Virus record (IMG/VR): IMGVR_UViG_3300046779_001269
Span: 64,001 to 128,000 of that record
Source of the DNA: a virus
Direction: 5' to 3' (one strand)
DNA: 64,000 bases
Part shown: one piece after another, positions 46,917-58,000 of the stretch
Layout of the letters: every line of letters begins with the position of its first letter
Position numbering within the stretch: position 1 is the first letter of the stretch
Position numbers and translations under genes: made by a program
The notes under the pieces: model-generated
Seen by the model: the letters and a program-made list of their open reading frames with translations, nothing else
Databases searched by the model: none
What the model was told of the DNA's origin: nothing

Positions 46917-47849
46917 TTAAGATATTCTCAGATAAAGAGATGCATAGGCAGCAGAAGCATAATCGGGTATATTAAAGACATATCCCATTCTTCTCCATGT
47001 TCCACTTGGGCTACCTGAAGTGAATCCATATGCGTTGGTATATGCTAAACTGGATCCTGCCACTGTTCCACCCGCTGCACCTCCATTTTCATACGAAGTC
47101 CATAAAAAAGCATAACTTCCTACCGCACCGGTTGACAGGCCTGCGGTTGTAGTTGCCACATTTGGCACACTAACGGTTACGGCGCCTGTGCTTCCATTAA
47201 CTGATGTTACACCACCATTACCTGCGGTGGTTGCACTGCCTGCGGTTGTTGCGTAATTGACACTCTTGTTTGCATCAGCTGTATTGTCCACATTACCCAA
47301 ACCAACTTTTGATTTTGATAACGATGTTATCCACGCCGGATCAGCATAAGAACCATTAGTATAGACACCGTTCGTAACTGATCCTGCATTACCATCAGCA
47401 TTACCAGAAATTGAACCGGTAATTTTACTACTAAATGTTTTTATTCCATTAATAGTTTGATTGCCTTCTGTATACACACCATTAGTTACTGTGCCAGCAT
47501 TACCATCAGCATTACCAGAAATTGAACCAACAATTTTACTGTTGAATGTTTTGGTACCAGTGATGGTTTGATTGCCTACCGAATATACACCATTAGTTAC
47601 TGTGCCAGCATTACCTGTTGTGCTTCCGGAAGAACCACTAACGTTAATGGCATAAGTACCGGCCGCAACTTGTGATGGTCCAATCGTACCAGTCAACTGT
47701 GATGTTGCAATACTTGGTGTTGCATTAGCCGCATATGTCAATCGACCTTGTGAATCAACAGTGAATACAGCATGTTGTGTTGTGCCGCCATATGTTCCAG
47801 CTCCTACAGCTGTATCACTCAATACATGCGAACTTACTTTGTTTGTCAT
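46917..47849 (-). CDS. Tail fibre / tip protein
   Basis: VD.QGR.T motif, 37-aa repeats (AGTVTNGVY..GNQTI.G.KTF), K..VGLGNVDNT.D, C-term GAVGSYA...GTWRRMG...LYLRIS; followed by a Tfa chaperone. Confidence 0.85.
   Translation of the reverse strand: MTNKVSSHVLSDTAVGAGTYGGTTQHAVFTVDSQGRLTYAANATPSIATSQLTGTIGPSQVAAGTYAINVSGSSGSTTGNAGTVTNGVYSVGNQTITGTKTFNSKIVGSISGNADGNAGTVTNGVYTEGNQTINGIKTFSSKITGSISGNADGNAGSVTNGVYTNGSYADPAWITSLSKSKVGLGNVDNTADANKSVNYATTAGSATTAGNGGVTSVNGSTGAVTVSVPNVATTTAGLSTGAVGSYAFLWTSYENGGAAGGTVAGSSLAYTNAYGFTSGSPSGTWRRMGYVFNIPDYASAAYASLYLRIS
47360..47615. repeat. 111-bp coding tandem repeat (about 2.3 copies)
   Basis: cattagttactgtgccagcattacc at about 47480 and 47591. Confidence 0.8.
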
Positions 47850-47861
47850 TTAATTTGCCTT

Positions 47862-48098
47862 TTAATCGTTAAAGGTAATGTTAAATTTATTTTTAATTGT
47901 ATCAAATAACTCATGCGATTCATCAATTGTCACCATTTGTGCAATGTTTTCCAACGAAACACTCTCCGAATCATCTGGAACAGGCGTTGTAATTTCTGAA
48001 TTGCTTATTGTTGAATCATCAGTTACTTTTATAAACACTTGTAAAATGTTTCTTTTCTCTGGATATGCTTGAGCACTTATAATATCTTTTATTTTCAT
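47862..48098 (-). CDS. Small hypothetical protein (about 78 aa)
   Basis: Likely start MKIKDIISAQ, just after the stop of the 1235-aa fibre gene; possibly its chaperone. Confidence 0.55.
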   Translation of the reverse strand: MKIKDIISAQAYPEKRNILQVFIKVTDDSTISNSEITTPVPDDSESVSLENIAQMVTIDESHELFDTIKNKFNITFND

Positions 48099-48103
48099 TT
48101 TAA

Positions 48104-51100
48104 TTAACCCACTTTTGTTGCTGAAAATTGTACACCAGCACCAGCATTCCAATAACCAGAAGAACTAATTGGACTCGGATAAGCTCGCCATTGATAGTTG
48201 TATGGTGATGGTAAGTTTAAAACATTTGGAACACGTTCATTGTCAAAATTGCCAACATCTGCTACTGTTGAAGAACTGTATGAAGGAACATTTGGACTCC
48301 ATATCATCCTCAATCTTATTTGTGCGCCGGATCTGATATAAAAGGGTTTATTAAATATCGAATCATTACTTTTACCCCAACCGTTATAATAATATGAACC
48401 TTGTGTTCCAACATATCTTGTGTCGCCATAGACTTTCTCTAATGCATTAACTTGTTGGAAATCCCAAGTTCTGGCAGAAATTGCATACCAAGCTGTACCA
48501 AGAAGTACCTCTAGTGCTCCAGTCACATAGGCTGATGTGCTTAACCAAGCGTTACAATAATATCTTCTTCCTCTAAAATATATGTTAACGTCATTAAAAG
48601 ACCACCAACCTTCGGATGGAACATTAAATGTCACTGAGGTGTCATCAATAGAACCATTTGATAATGTATATGTATAATTTGGAACAGCACCCATTCCCCA
48701 AAATATACCATTGTCACCATAGATATGTGTATCATTGCTCAGACCACTTAATGTAGTTGGTCTACCACTTACATTAGACCATGCAACAGAACCAGCACTC
48801 GATGCATAGTTAACGGAACCGGATGATGTTTGGTAACCAGAATCATTTGTGAAAGCACTGACAGCTGTTGGTCTACTAGTTACACCGGTCCATGGAACAG
48901 AAGCAGCAGAATCTGCATGACCTACCTGTGTGTCAGCATGTGCTGTGTCACCATTGTAACCATATAATCTCCAACGGCTACCTGTCCAATATGTTTGTAC
49001 GGAATAATTACTTGAGTCATCTCTACGATACAAACGATATGGTCCAGGACGATTGGCGTCTGTCCACATACCTGTTTGACCGGTAATTCCACTTGCTGGA
49101 ACTGAATTTGCTGTGATACTCACACTTTGAATCGCATCTCTAACCTTCGACACACTGACTTTACGATAGTAGTTATCGGATGCGTTTGTTATGATGAATT
49201 GGTTAGGTGTTTCATTTTCATTTCGGCCAGTATCACTATTAATATAGTTAACGAATGTGTAACCGTTACCTTGTGTTCTCACCAACTTGTTTGCACCAGG
49301 AGCAACACCACCCGAAGGTATACCAATTGATTCTGTAGCTGATCCAACTGCACCGGCCCAACCAGTTACATTAATACCCCAGTTACCGGTTGCACCAGTA
49401 CCAGCTTTTGTTGGGTAACTACCATCAGCTGATGTGGTTGTCATATAACCTAAGTTCTTAACCCATGCTGTTGTAGCAAATGATGTGTTTGATGCAGCAC
49501 CATCTACTGTCAAGCCCATTGCGTGACCAGTAAATGTGGCACCAGACAACGCAGCCTTTCTTGTTTCCAAGTTACTGATTGCTAATTCAATCGTATTCGC
49601 TGTTGCTGGAATAGCACCAATAGGTGTTGTGATTGTAATATTGTTAGCATAGTATGCATACACCATATATGCATCAACTTCAAATAGAATCTTTACTCCA
49701 GATGCTGGTGCAATTGTAAACACTACACTAGTTGTACCTGATTCAGTGTAACCTTCATATTGACGAACACCATCTAAGTAAACTCTCAACTGGTTTGCAC
49801 CGTTGGTGAATGTTGGTGCAGTAAATGTTGTTGTTGATCCGTCACCTGTTGCTGTTGAACGGGTAGAAGTGATTCTGCTTCCTGGTTGTGTACCACCGCC
49901 GCCACCGCCTGTGCCACCAGCAACCCAAAGATAACTTCCCACACCTTGAGTTCCCAAAACATAACCAGCTGGAACACCAGAAGCATCTGGCAACAAGTTT
50001 GTCAATGCAGTAACTCTGTCAGCACCACCAGTACCACCAGAACCAATAGCTAAAGCAGTTGAAGTTAATTCTAGTCCTGTAAACTTAGGCGCAGCGGTTC
50101 TTCTAATGTCTTGTGGTGTACTAAACACCAATGTGTTACTTGATGCAACGATTGTTACACCGTTTGCACCAGACATTGTTATGCCAGTTGTTGAACCTGT
50201 TGGTGATGGTGTAGCAGTACCTGATGTACCAGTTACCGAATTTAATCCAGTATTTGCACGAGTAAATGCTGGATCCACCTTTGTTGTTACAACACCATCA
50301 ACATATGTTTGTAAATATGTGTTGGCAGTATCTGTATATGTTTTTGCTGTTGCTAGTGCTGTACCAACATTGGCCTGTGACCATGTGTTGCCTGCACTAA
50401 TAGTGGCAGTCAAGAAACTATTTGCTGTATTGATGTAGTTATTCAGTGTGTTTGCAACTGCTGATGTTGCCACATTGGAAGAACTTGTGACACTTGTAGA
50501 GTCACTTAGAAATTCATTTGTTAGAATTCTGTAATATTGTCCGTTGTCAACATCATTTAATTGAAATTCTTTTGATGATTCACTCCATCTAATGTCAGCA
50601 TTTGCACCAGATGAACCTCTGTTGACAGAGAATCTTGAGGTGATACCTGTGCCACTACCAGCATTAATTGTGAATGTGTTTGTATTGTATACAGTCGATC
50701 CATTTATTACAAAGTTACCACCAACAGATAATTGTCCTAATGTTTCTAAATTATTGGTAAAAATGTTCGCTGTGTTGGCATCAATTCTGTTTCTAACTGT
50801 TATCAATGGCGTTACAATGTTAGCACTTGCATTAACAGTGTTTGAAGTTAAATTATTGGCATATAATGTAGATGCAGAAACATAAACATTGGCTCTTACT
50901 GTATCGTAGAAAGAGTTTGCACCAGACAATACTCCTATAACTCCAGTATTTGCAGTAATGCCATTGATGTTTGCTTGTCCAAAAATATCTTCGTTTGTGA
51001 CTTGCAATGTGGTAATTGTACCAGTATTTGAAGTCAGGTTGTTTGTTGCGGTTGTACCTGTAACAAATACAGCAGCTGTATTAACTGATGTGTTGGCCTT

Positions 51101-51811
51101 AACTACTGGTGAGTATGTTGTTCCAGAAACAAATGCTGTTGCTGTATTTGTGTGTGTATTGGCTTGCAGTTTGTCTGTTATTGTATTGTAACGAACAGTT
51201 GCACTGCCACCAGCACCAATATTTTGTCCAACAGTTAGGTAATCTGTTGTTGTTGTATCAGCAACAGTCAAGGTATCAGCATCAATACTGTTTGTTACGA
51301 CTAGAGAGTCATCGAAAGTAACATTGCCTGTAACATCCAGTGTACTGTTTAGTGTGGTTGTACCATCAACTTCTAAGTATCCAACAATTTGTGAGTTACC
51401 GTTCGTTGTACTGCTACCACTAATTGTTAGATTGCCACCAATCGTTGCATTGTTTGCAACATGTAGGCCTATACCTGAAGCATTTGCAGTCAAGACACCT
51501 TTGATTTCGGAGTTACCTGATGCAATAAAACTTGTTTGTGTATTCTGGAAATAGGCCTGATTTTCTACTGTCAGGTTCTTTTCAATCACAGCAGATGATC
51601 CAACACCTTGCACACGCAATTGACCTTGTATGATTGCGCCGTTAGCAACTTGTAGACCTAAAGAAGCATCATTCAGATATAATGTTCCAGAATCTTTGGT
51701 GTAATTTCCTTTTCCTAAGGTATTGTTCTCACCAATGAGTGCATTGGTGGCAATTACCCAATCACCAAATGTATTTGCTGCATAACTTAAAACTGATACG
51801 GTATTAGCCAT
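48104..51811 (-). CDS. Long fibre protein
   Basis: N-term NTFGDWV..TN, beta-strand Thr/Asn repeats, one TGDGSTTTF...VYLDGVRQ...F..AP..G domain, W..V..RP repeats, aromatic-rich C-terminal domain. Confidence 0.8.
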   Translation of the reverse strand: MANTVSVLSYAANTFGDWVIATNALIGENNTLGKGNYTKDSGTLYLNDASLGLQVANGAIIQGQLRVQGVGSSAVIEKNLTVENQAYFQNTQTSFIASGNSEIKGVLTANASGIGLHVANNATIGGNLTISGSSTTNGNSQIVGYLEVDGTTTLNSTLDVTGNVTFDDSLVVTNSIDADTLTVADTTTTDYLTVGQNIGAGGSATVRYNTITDKLQANTHTNTATAFVSGTTYSPVVKANTSVNTAAVFVTGTTATNNLTSNTGTITTLQVTNEDIFGQANINGITANTGVIGVLSGANSFYDTVRANVYVSASTLYANNLTSNTVNASANIVTPLITVRNRIDANTANIFTNNLETLGQLSVGGNFVINGSTVYNTNTFTINAGSGTGITSRFSVNRGSSGANADIRWSESSKEFQLNDVDNGQYYRILTNEFLSDSTSVTSSSNVATSAVANTLNNYINTANSFLTATISAGNTWSQANVGTALATAKTYTDTANTYLQTYVDGVVTTKVDPAFTRANTGLNSVTGTSGTATPSPTGSTTGITMSGANGVTIVASSNTLVFSTPQDIRRTAAPKFTGLELTSTALAIGSGGTGGADRVTALTNLLPDASGVPAGYVLGTQGVGSYLWVAGGTGGGGGGTQPGSRITSTRSTATGDGSTTTFTAPTFTNGANQLRVYLDGVRQYEGYTESGTTSVVFTIAPASGVKILFEVDAYMVYAYYANNITITTPIGAIPATANTIELAISNLETRKAALSGATFTGHAMGLTVDGAASNTSFATTAWVKNLGYMTTTSADGSYPTKAGTGATGNWGINVTGWAGAVGSATESIGIPSGGVAPGANKLVRTQGNGYTFVNYINSDTGRNENETPNQFIITNASDNYYRKVSVSKVRDAIQSVSITANSVPASGITGQTGMWTDANRPGPYRLYRRDDSSNYSVQTYWTGSRWRLYGYNGDTAHADTQVGHADSAASVPWTGVTSRPTAVSAFTNDSGYQTSSGSVNYASSAGSVAWSNVSGRPTTLSGLSNDTHIYGDNGIFWGMGAVPNYTYTLSNGSIDDTSVTFNVPSEGWWSFNDVNIYFRGRRYYCNAWLSTSAYVTGALEVLLGTAWYAISARTWDFQQVNALEKVYGDTRYVGTQGSYYYNGWGKSNDSIFNKPFYIRSGAQIRLRMIWSPNVPSYSSSTVADVGNFDNERVPNVLNLPSPYNYQWRAYPSPISSSGYWNAGAGVQFSATKVG

Positions 51812-51812
51812 T

Positions 51813-52037
51813 TTAACCTTTGTTTGACAATAGTTGTTGCATCATCTGTTTAATCTCCGACATGTCAGACTTGATGCTTTTTATTTCCGATTTAATATTA
51901 TTTATTTCGTCTTTTTGACCAGTAATCAATCTTTTTTTGAAGTTATATTCTTCTCTTCCTGCCGGATCATGGTTCACCAGTGCCATTGTACTGGTGTCCC
52001 TATAAAAGGTTGTTCCTTCTACTTTAACTAAAGACAT
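51813..52037 (-). CDS. Small coiled-coil protein following the VrlC-like gene
   Basis: Likely start MSLVKVEG...RD...A.VN.D; C-terminal heptads; ATG directly after the upstream stop. Confidence 0.7.
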   Translation of the reverse strand: MSLVKVEGTTFYRDTSTMALVNHDPAGREEYNFKKRLITGQKDEINNIKSEIKSIKSDMSEIKQMMQQLLSNKG

Positions 52038-52038
52038 A

Positions 52039-55000
52039 TTATAGTCCTGTTCCTGATGGTAGAGCAATCGTTCTAATATCACTCAATGCTGGTGCAAATG
52101 TTGGATCATTAGAGGTCATAACCACTTTAATTGCATACTGATAGAATGAATTAAATGATTGTGCTGATACTGGGTTGGTGTAACTTATATAATTGTCCGC
52201 AATGTTGTTTGTTCCTGGTGCGGCTTCATATTCATATGTGTCATTTTTATTGACTGAATATTTAGAACTGCCATTAACAATCGTCATCAGTTGCCAATTA
52301 GCATCTTCTAACTTCAAAGTATCTTCACGGGAAACAATCTTATAGTAAACATGTATGTCTGTATTCACTGGACGATATGCAGTGAAGAACACACGCAAGT
52401 CACCCGAATCATTTCCTGTAGCCAATGTTACTGGTTTGGTAATGTATTTTGCATATGCATTACCACCATTTGAAGAAGTTTCACCTGTAACTACAGCTGA
52501 AGCTGATACATTTGATGAAGCATTGAATGTAATTGTTGGTGTCTTGGTGTAACCAGAACCTTCGGTTGTTACATATACACTAACAATATTTCCCATAAAC
52601 ACATTAGCAGAAACAAAGGCTCTTGAACCGCCTGCTGTATCTGGTGCAGAAACTGTTATGTCTGGTGAACTGATTGTTCCGTTGGCATTTGCCAAGTAAC
52701 CAATACCACCATTCAATAATGAAATGTTTGTATTTGAAATGCCCAAGTTATTGATACGGTGACGAACTGTATACACAGCCAAACCGTCATCGGCAATTAT
52801 CGGACTCACTGCATCGTCTGTTGATGACAATACAGTTTCAACTTTGAATGATGTATTTGATGCATAGTCTAATACACGTTCACCTTTATTGTCATCACAT
52901 GTGATGTTTTCTGGTGATGGAGTACCGAATTTACCTGGTGTAAATGTGTAAGCGCCGTCAGTTGAACCTGAACTGTTCAATGTTGTTGTGTAACGATACT
53001 CTACGGCTGTTCCTGGTGGTGTGAAGTCTGTAGCAGACACATTAAATGCATGGTAAATTGAATTGGCTGTTGCAGTTGCTGTGCTCTTGTCAACAGTTTT
53101 TGTTTCTGGTAGACCAGATGGAACAACAAATGATAGACTTGGTTGTGTTGATGTTGTAAACTTACATCTGTTGATTGTGAACATCAAGGCTTTACCCTGT
53201 TCAGCACTCCATGTCATTGCATTTTGTGATTCAAACAACGAACCAATGTATGGTGCAGTACCAATCTTAGATGGATTTGTTGGGTTAGAATCGGTAACTT
53301 CTGCCTTAGATGTGGAAATCAAAGCGAAATCGTTTTGTGCAGCCATCCATAAAGTATAATCACTAGATTCGGAACGAACCACAATTGCATACATAACATC
53401 TGGGTTGATATAAACCGGAGACGGGAATGTGAATGTGGTATATGTTGATGAATCTTTGTAGTGTGGATTGTCAGACACTTTTACAGAGTCTCTATTCAAG
53501 TACACATTAGAATAATCTAAAGATGAACCTGATGGATAACCATTCAGTGTTGGTAGAATATACAATTGCACTGGTATATTTGTTGTTGGCTTATTCTTAA
53601 AGAACACATTGATAGAGTTCAAGAATATACCATTTGGATAAGTTAATCCATCAACAATAAATGTTTGTGCAACTGGATCATCAGGCACTGGTGGAGCAAT
53701 TTTGTCCACGGTTGTCAATGTGTAACCAGTTTGTACACCCTGTGCGTTTAACACAGTAGTCTTTGTGTTCTTTGCAGTCTGAATAGAAGCTGAATAGTTA
53801 ACTTCTTGTGACTTGGTTGACAAACTTGTTGCAAAGAATGTTGCTTCTGACCAAGTTGTTTCTGTTCCAGTATTGTACTTGAAGTCTAGGTTTGTATTGA
53901 TAATTGTTCTATCATCCAAACGCAACACTCTTTGTCCTGTATGGAACTTATTGGCTGGTAAATAGAACACACCAGAAACTGAACCAATTTCATTTGATGA
54001 AATATCACCAATAGAATATACATCACCACTTGCAAATGTGATTGATGTGCCTAAAGTAACAACCTTGGTTGATGTATTGTATGCGGTGATTGTTGCTGAT
54101 TGACCAGGTTTATTGACAATATACAGTTTTTTGCCTGTATAAATGTCTGTTGATTTGGCCAATGTATTCAATGTTACAGTAGATGTGGCTGTTCCTGTTG
54201 TACTGGTTTTACCAGAGTAGTGTGTCACAGAAGATAATGTACCACTTGCTGTGCTGTTCTGATAAACACCTGATGTATTGAAGAAGGCGTTAACCAATGT
54301 ACCAGTTGTGTATGATGTAGTGTCTAAGTCGCCGATAACATAAAGTCTGATGCCTGTTGAATGTTTGTACACATCCAAAACTTCACCACGTTTGTAGAAA
54401 ACGGAACTAGAAACATAACCAATAATGTCACCACGATTGAATGTTCCAGTTACACTTGTTAGTTCAATGATGTTTGGTTTTCTAACATTGGATGTTACCA
54501 AGTTACCATCAAAGAAAGCATTGAGTGCAGTGTTGAATAATAATCCTGTGGCATTAAAAGACAACTGTTGTTCACGAATGTATGGTAGAATACTTACATC
54601 TGTTATGTAATTGCCAGATGAGTTTTGCATCTTCGACCAATTACCATATGTAAACTGATTTTGTTTATCATTTGTGGTAATAGTTTGTGTGAAGTTTTGG
54701 CCAATATTGTCTCTACCGCCAATAGTTGTTTCCCACTTGTTGGTTGTTACCTTCTCTGTGCCTGGAATTATTTGCCAGTTTGACACACGCAAAGTTGGAT
54801 CACCATCTATTAAGTTTGTTGTGTCTGTTGCTTTGTATGATTCAACACCAGTAAACAACATGGCAGGTTCAGCTGAGTTGTCGATCCAATTGTCCATTGG
54901 AGGTGTAATCTCTAGTGTACCTTCACTCTTTACTTGACCGAATGGGTTGGCACTGATTGTGCGACTTGCCAAGGTTTGTTTGATAACAGTTTCTTCTGTG

Positions 55001-58000
55001 TAAGGCAAACTAAACAACTGTGATTTGCCAGACAAACTTGGTTTGTAACTCAATGCATTTAGTGTGGCTGTAGATAGTTTAGAACCGTTTGTGTCCAACA
55101 AATCTTTGTTCTGCAAATTGTAGTTCTTAACCACAACAGCAGGACCCATGCTCTTGTTTATATTGTTTAGTGATGCACTAAAGTCTCTATTGAATGTATC
55201 TGCAACAGAGAATGTACTGAAGTCATCAACCAAAATACCATTCTTGAATCTGTTAAGACCCAATTCATCAGGTATTTGTAGACTTGCAGCATTTTGTTCC
55301 ATCATATTCAATGATGTATAGTACTCCAAGTTATTAACACGGTCTTGCAAGTCTGTAATGTCACTCATCTGCCAGCGTTTATGTATCACTGGTTCAATAG
55401 ACAAATTACTTCTGCCCGCTAATTCACCTGGTACATATGTTGTGTATGGGTCTAGAGAAATTTTGGCCAACACCATTGATCCTTCTGGTGCAGAAGGGAA
55501 CACGGCCTTGTTTGATGGTATACCACCAATGATTTTGAATTTGTTATCTTTGCCGATAACCAACAAATCTTTTCTTGCTAGGTAGTATGAATAGTCTGAA
55601 GTAAATGATGACAAATCAACAGGCAAGAATAGACCAGAGTTATTTGTGGTTGTTGGTGTTGTCTTGTGTTTGAATGTGAAAGATTCCTGTGCGTTCTTAA
55701 CAGCAGGCCTAAAGTCCAAACAATCTCTTAGGTCATATGTCACACCATTTCTAGATGTGTAAGATGGTCTATCGGTGAAACCGGAACTATATGACTGAGC
55801 ACTAAAGTAACCATCACCACCTGCATGTTGGTAGTAATCAAATAGAATCCACAATGAACGAGGTGTTGGTGCACCTGGTTTCAATGAGATATATGCATGG
55901 CCGTAGTAGTTGTCGGTCTGTCCGTTATTGAATATGTAATTTTCTGTTACATCTTTTGATGTATCGGTCAACATCGACAATGTTGGAGCACTACCACCAG
56001 TATCAATAATTTTAACAATTTGTTTAACATCAGATACATACAGACTTTGTTTGTTGCCATATGTTAGGACTCCAGAATTACTAATGTAAATCTGTCCCTT
56101 GGTCAAGTCGATTGCTGCGTGATTTACTGTTCCATCTGGACCAGATGATGAAGCCACGGCAGTGTTTGCTTGAATCAATGTCTTAGTTTTCAAGACAAAG
56201 TTTGTGTCGTTAGCATTTGTTACAGACAACTTCGCAAAAACTGTTGCAGTAAATGGATCCAAGTCCAATGCTGTCAAGTAAACGGCATTCTTATCAGCAT
56301 CAATTGCAATGCTTCTTCCTGCGGTAGTGAAAGGAATAACATCACCATTTTCAATTGTGGTGTTTGTGCCTTTATCTGTCACAACAACCATGAAGTTTTG
56401 TGCAACTGTTGTATCATCTTCTGTTGAACCACTTCTCAAGAAGTCGAATGAACCTGTTGCTGAACTGTCTAGTTGCAAGTAACGGCGTGAACCTGTTGAG
56501 TAAGAACCGAAAGATTGGTTTCTAAATTGTTGTATTGTGGTGTAAGATGTGTCTGTTACAGAGGCCACATATGGTTGACCCAATGGGAACAACAACTCTG
56601 GTGTACCAGGATTGTTTAGTACGGCATCACCGGTAGAAATACTACCAGACTTACCACTTGTTGCATTGATTTGTGCCCAACCACCCAACACACATGGTGA
56701 TGCGAGTGTAGACTTGACAATCAACTCAGTATCTTTTACACCAAATCTTAGTGAGAATGTAGAACCAGATGGTGTTACAGTGAATGGTGTTTCAACAGTA
56801 GCTGTCTTAGTTGAACCATTATAAGAAACGATTCTTCTTGTGTCACCTGCACCAGAACCAGAATCAATAGTGATTGTTACACCGTAGTATGCATTGCTTA
56901 CTGCACTGAATTTACCGTTAGTATCTGTGAATTGAATGGTAGTGGCTGTTGCAGATGCTGCGGTACCAGACAAGACTTTGTTTTCAATATCATATAGATA
57001 TGCTTTATAAACATATGTACTTGTATCTTCAACATTAGATGAATTGTTGTAAACGATACCTCTGACATAAGCTGTAGCAGCCACAGTAGAGTTGAATGTT
57101 GTTGTGTTTGAACGAGCAATATCTGTATTTGAACTTACTGTGTGTAAATAAACTGGCTCTGCAACTGTTGTGTCGATGAATGTGCCGTTATTACCTTTAA
57201 CACCAGACACATAGAAGTAACTACCATAATCCATAACATTGATGTTGTTATTGGCATAGTCAACTGTGCGAGCTCTTGTTGAGTCCAACTTTAATGTTGT
57301 TTGGTTTTCTACTCTGTAACCTTGTACATAAGCTTTACCTGGACCAACTGACAAGATGTATTTGTCTGATGCAAAAGTGTTTGCTGATGGTGTCAAAGAG
57401 AAGTTGTTAACGATGTAGTCACCGTTAGTTTCGTATGTTCTCTTTGCAAAGTAATCATCAATCACAGAATAAACTGTTTCGTTTACTTGCTTGACGATGT
57501 TACCACTTTCAATTCTGGTCAACTCAATGAACTGGTCATCGTTACCGATTGTAAGTGGTAGAGATGTTAGAGATAGTTTGATGTAGTATCTGTCAGCACC
57601 TGGAGCTTGATAGTTAGAGGAACCTACCGCAGGATCCAATAGTGACTTGTCTGAGTAACTGTCAACAATACTTTCATTGATAGACAAACCAATACGGTAA
57701 GATGGTGTTGAATTGTATTTGTCTAGTATGATTGTTTCTGGTTGTACAGAAACGAAATTACCGATGGAATATTTTGAGAATGTACCGTCACTGTTGCGTG
57801 TTTGTGACTGAGAATAACCATTGACGATATAGAAAACACCATCAGAGATAGATGCGACAGATGCTAGACCTGTACTTGTTGAACCGCCTGTTGTACCAAT
57901 AGTGGTTGCATCTAAAGATGTACCATCGGTTGGGAATAGGTGCATACCGTCTGTGAATCTAACACCAGAAATGTAAGAAACAATCAGTGTTGGTGGATCA

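Noticed and set aside
20764-47849. Diversity-generating retroelement acting on the adhesins (Mtd_N-like domains are present)
   Set aside because: No reverse transcriptase, no non-coding template repeat and no adenine-specific mismatch pattern in this window; one elsewhere in the genome cannot be excluded
46517-51811. Invertible tail-fibre switch (Gin/Cin or shufflon type)
   Set aside because: All genes share one orientation, and no invertase or inverted crossover sites were seen
47862-52082. Track start sites at 48152 and 52082 (also 1309 and 63934)
   Set aside because: The first two overlap upstream genes, and ATGs at 48098 and 52037 fit better; 1291 is preferred for uvsY; 63934 is internal to a frame open to the window edge
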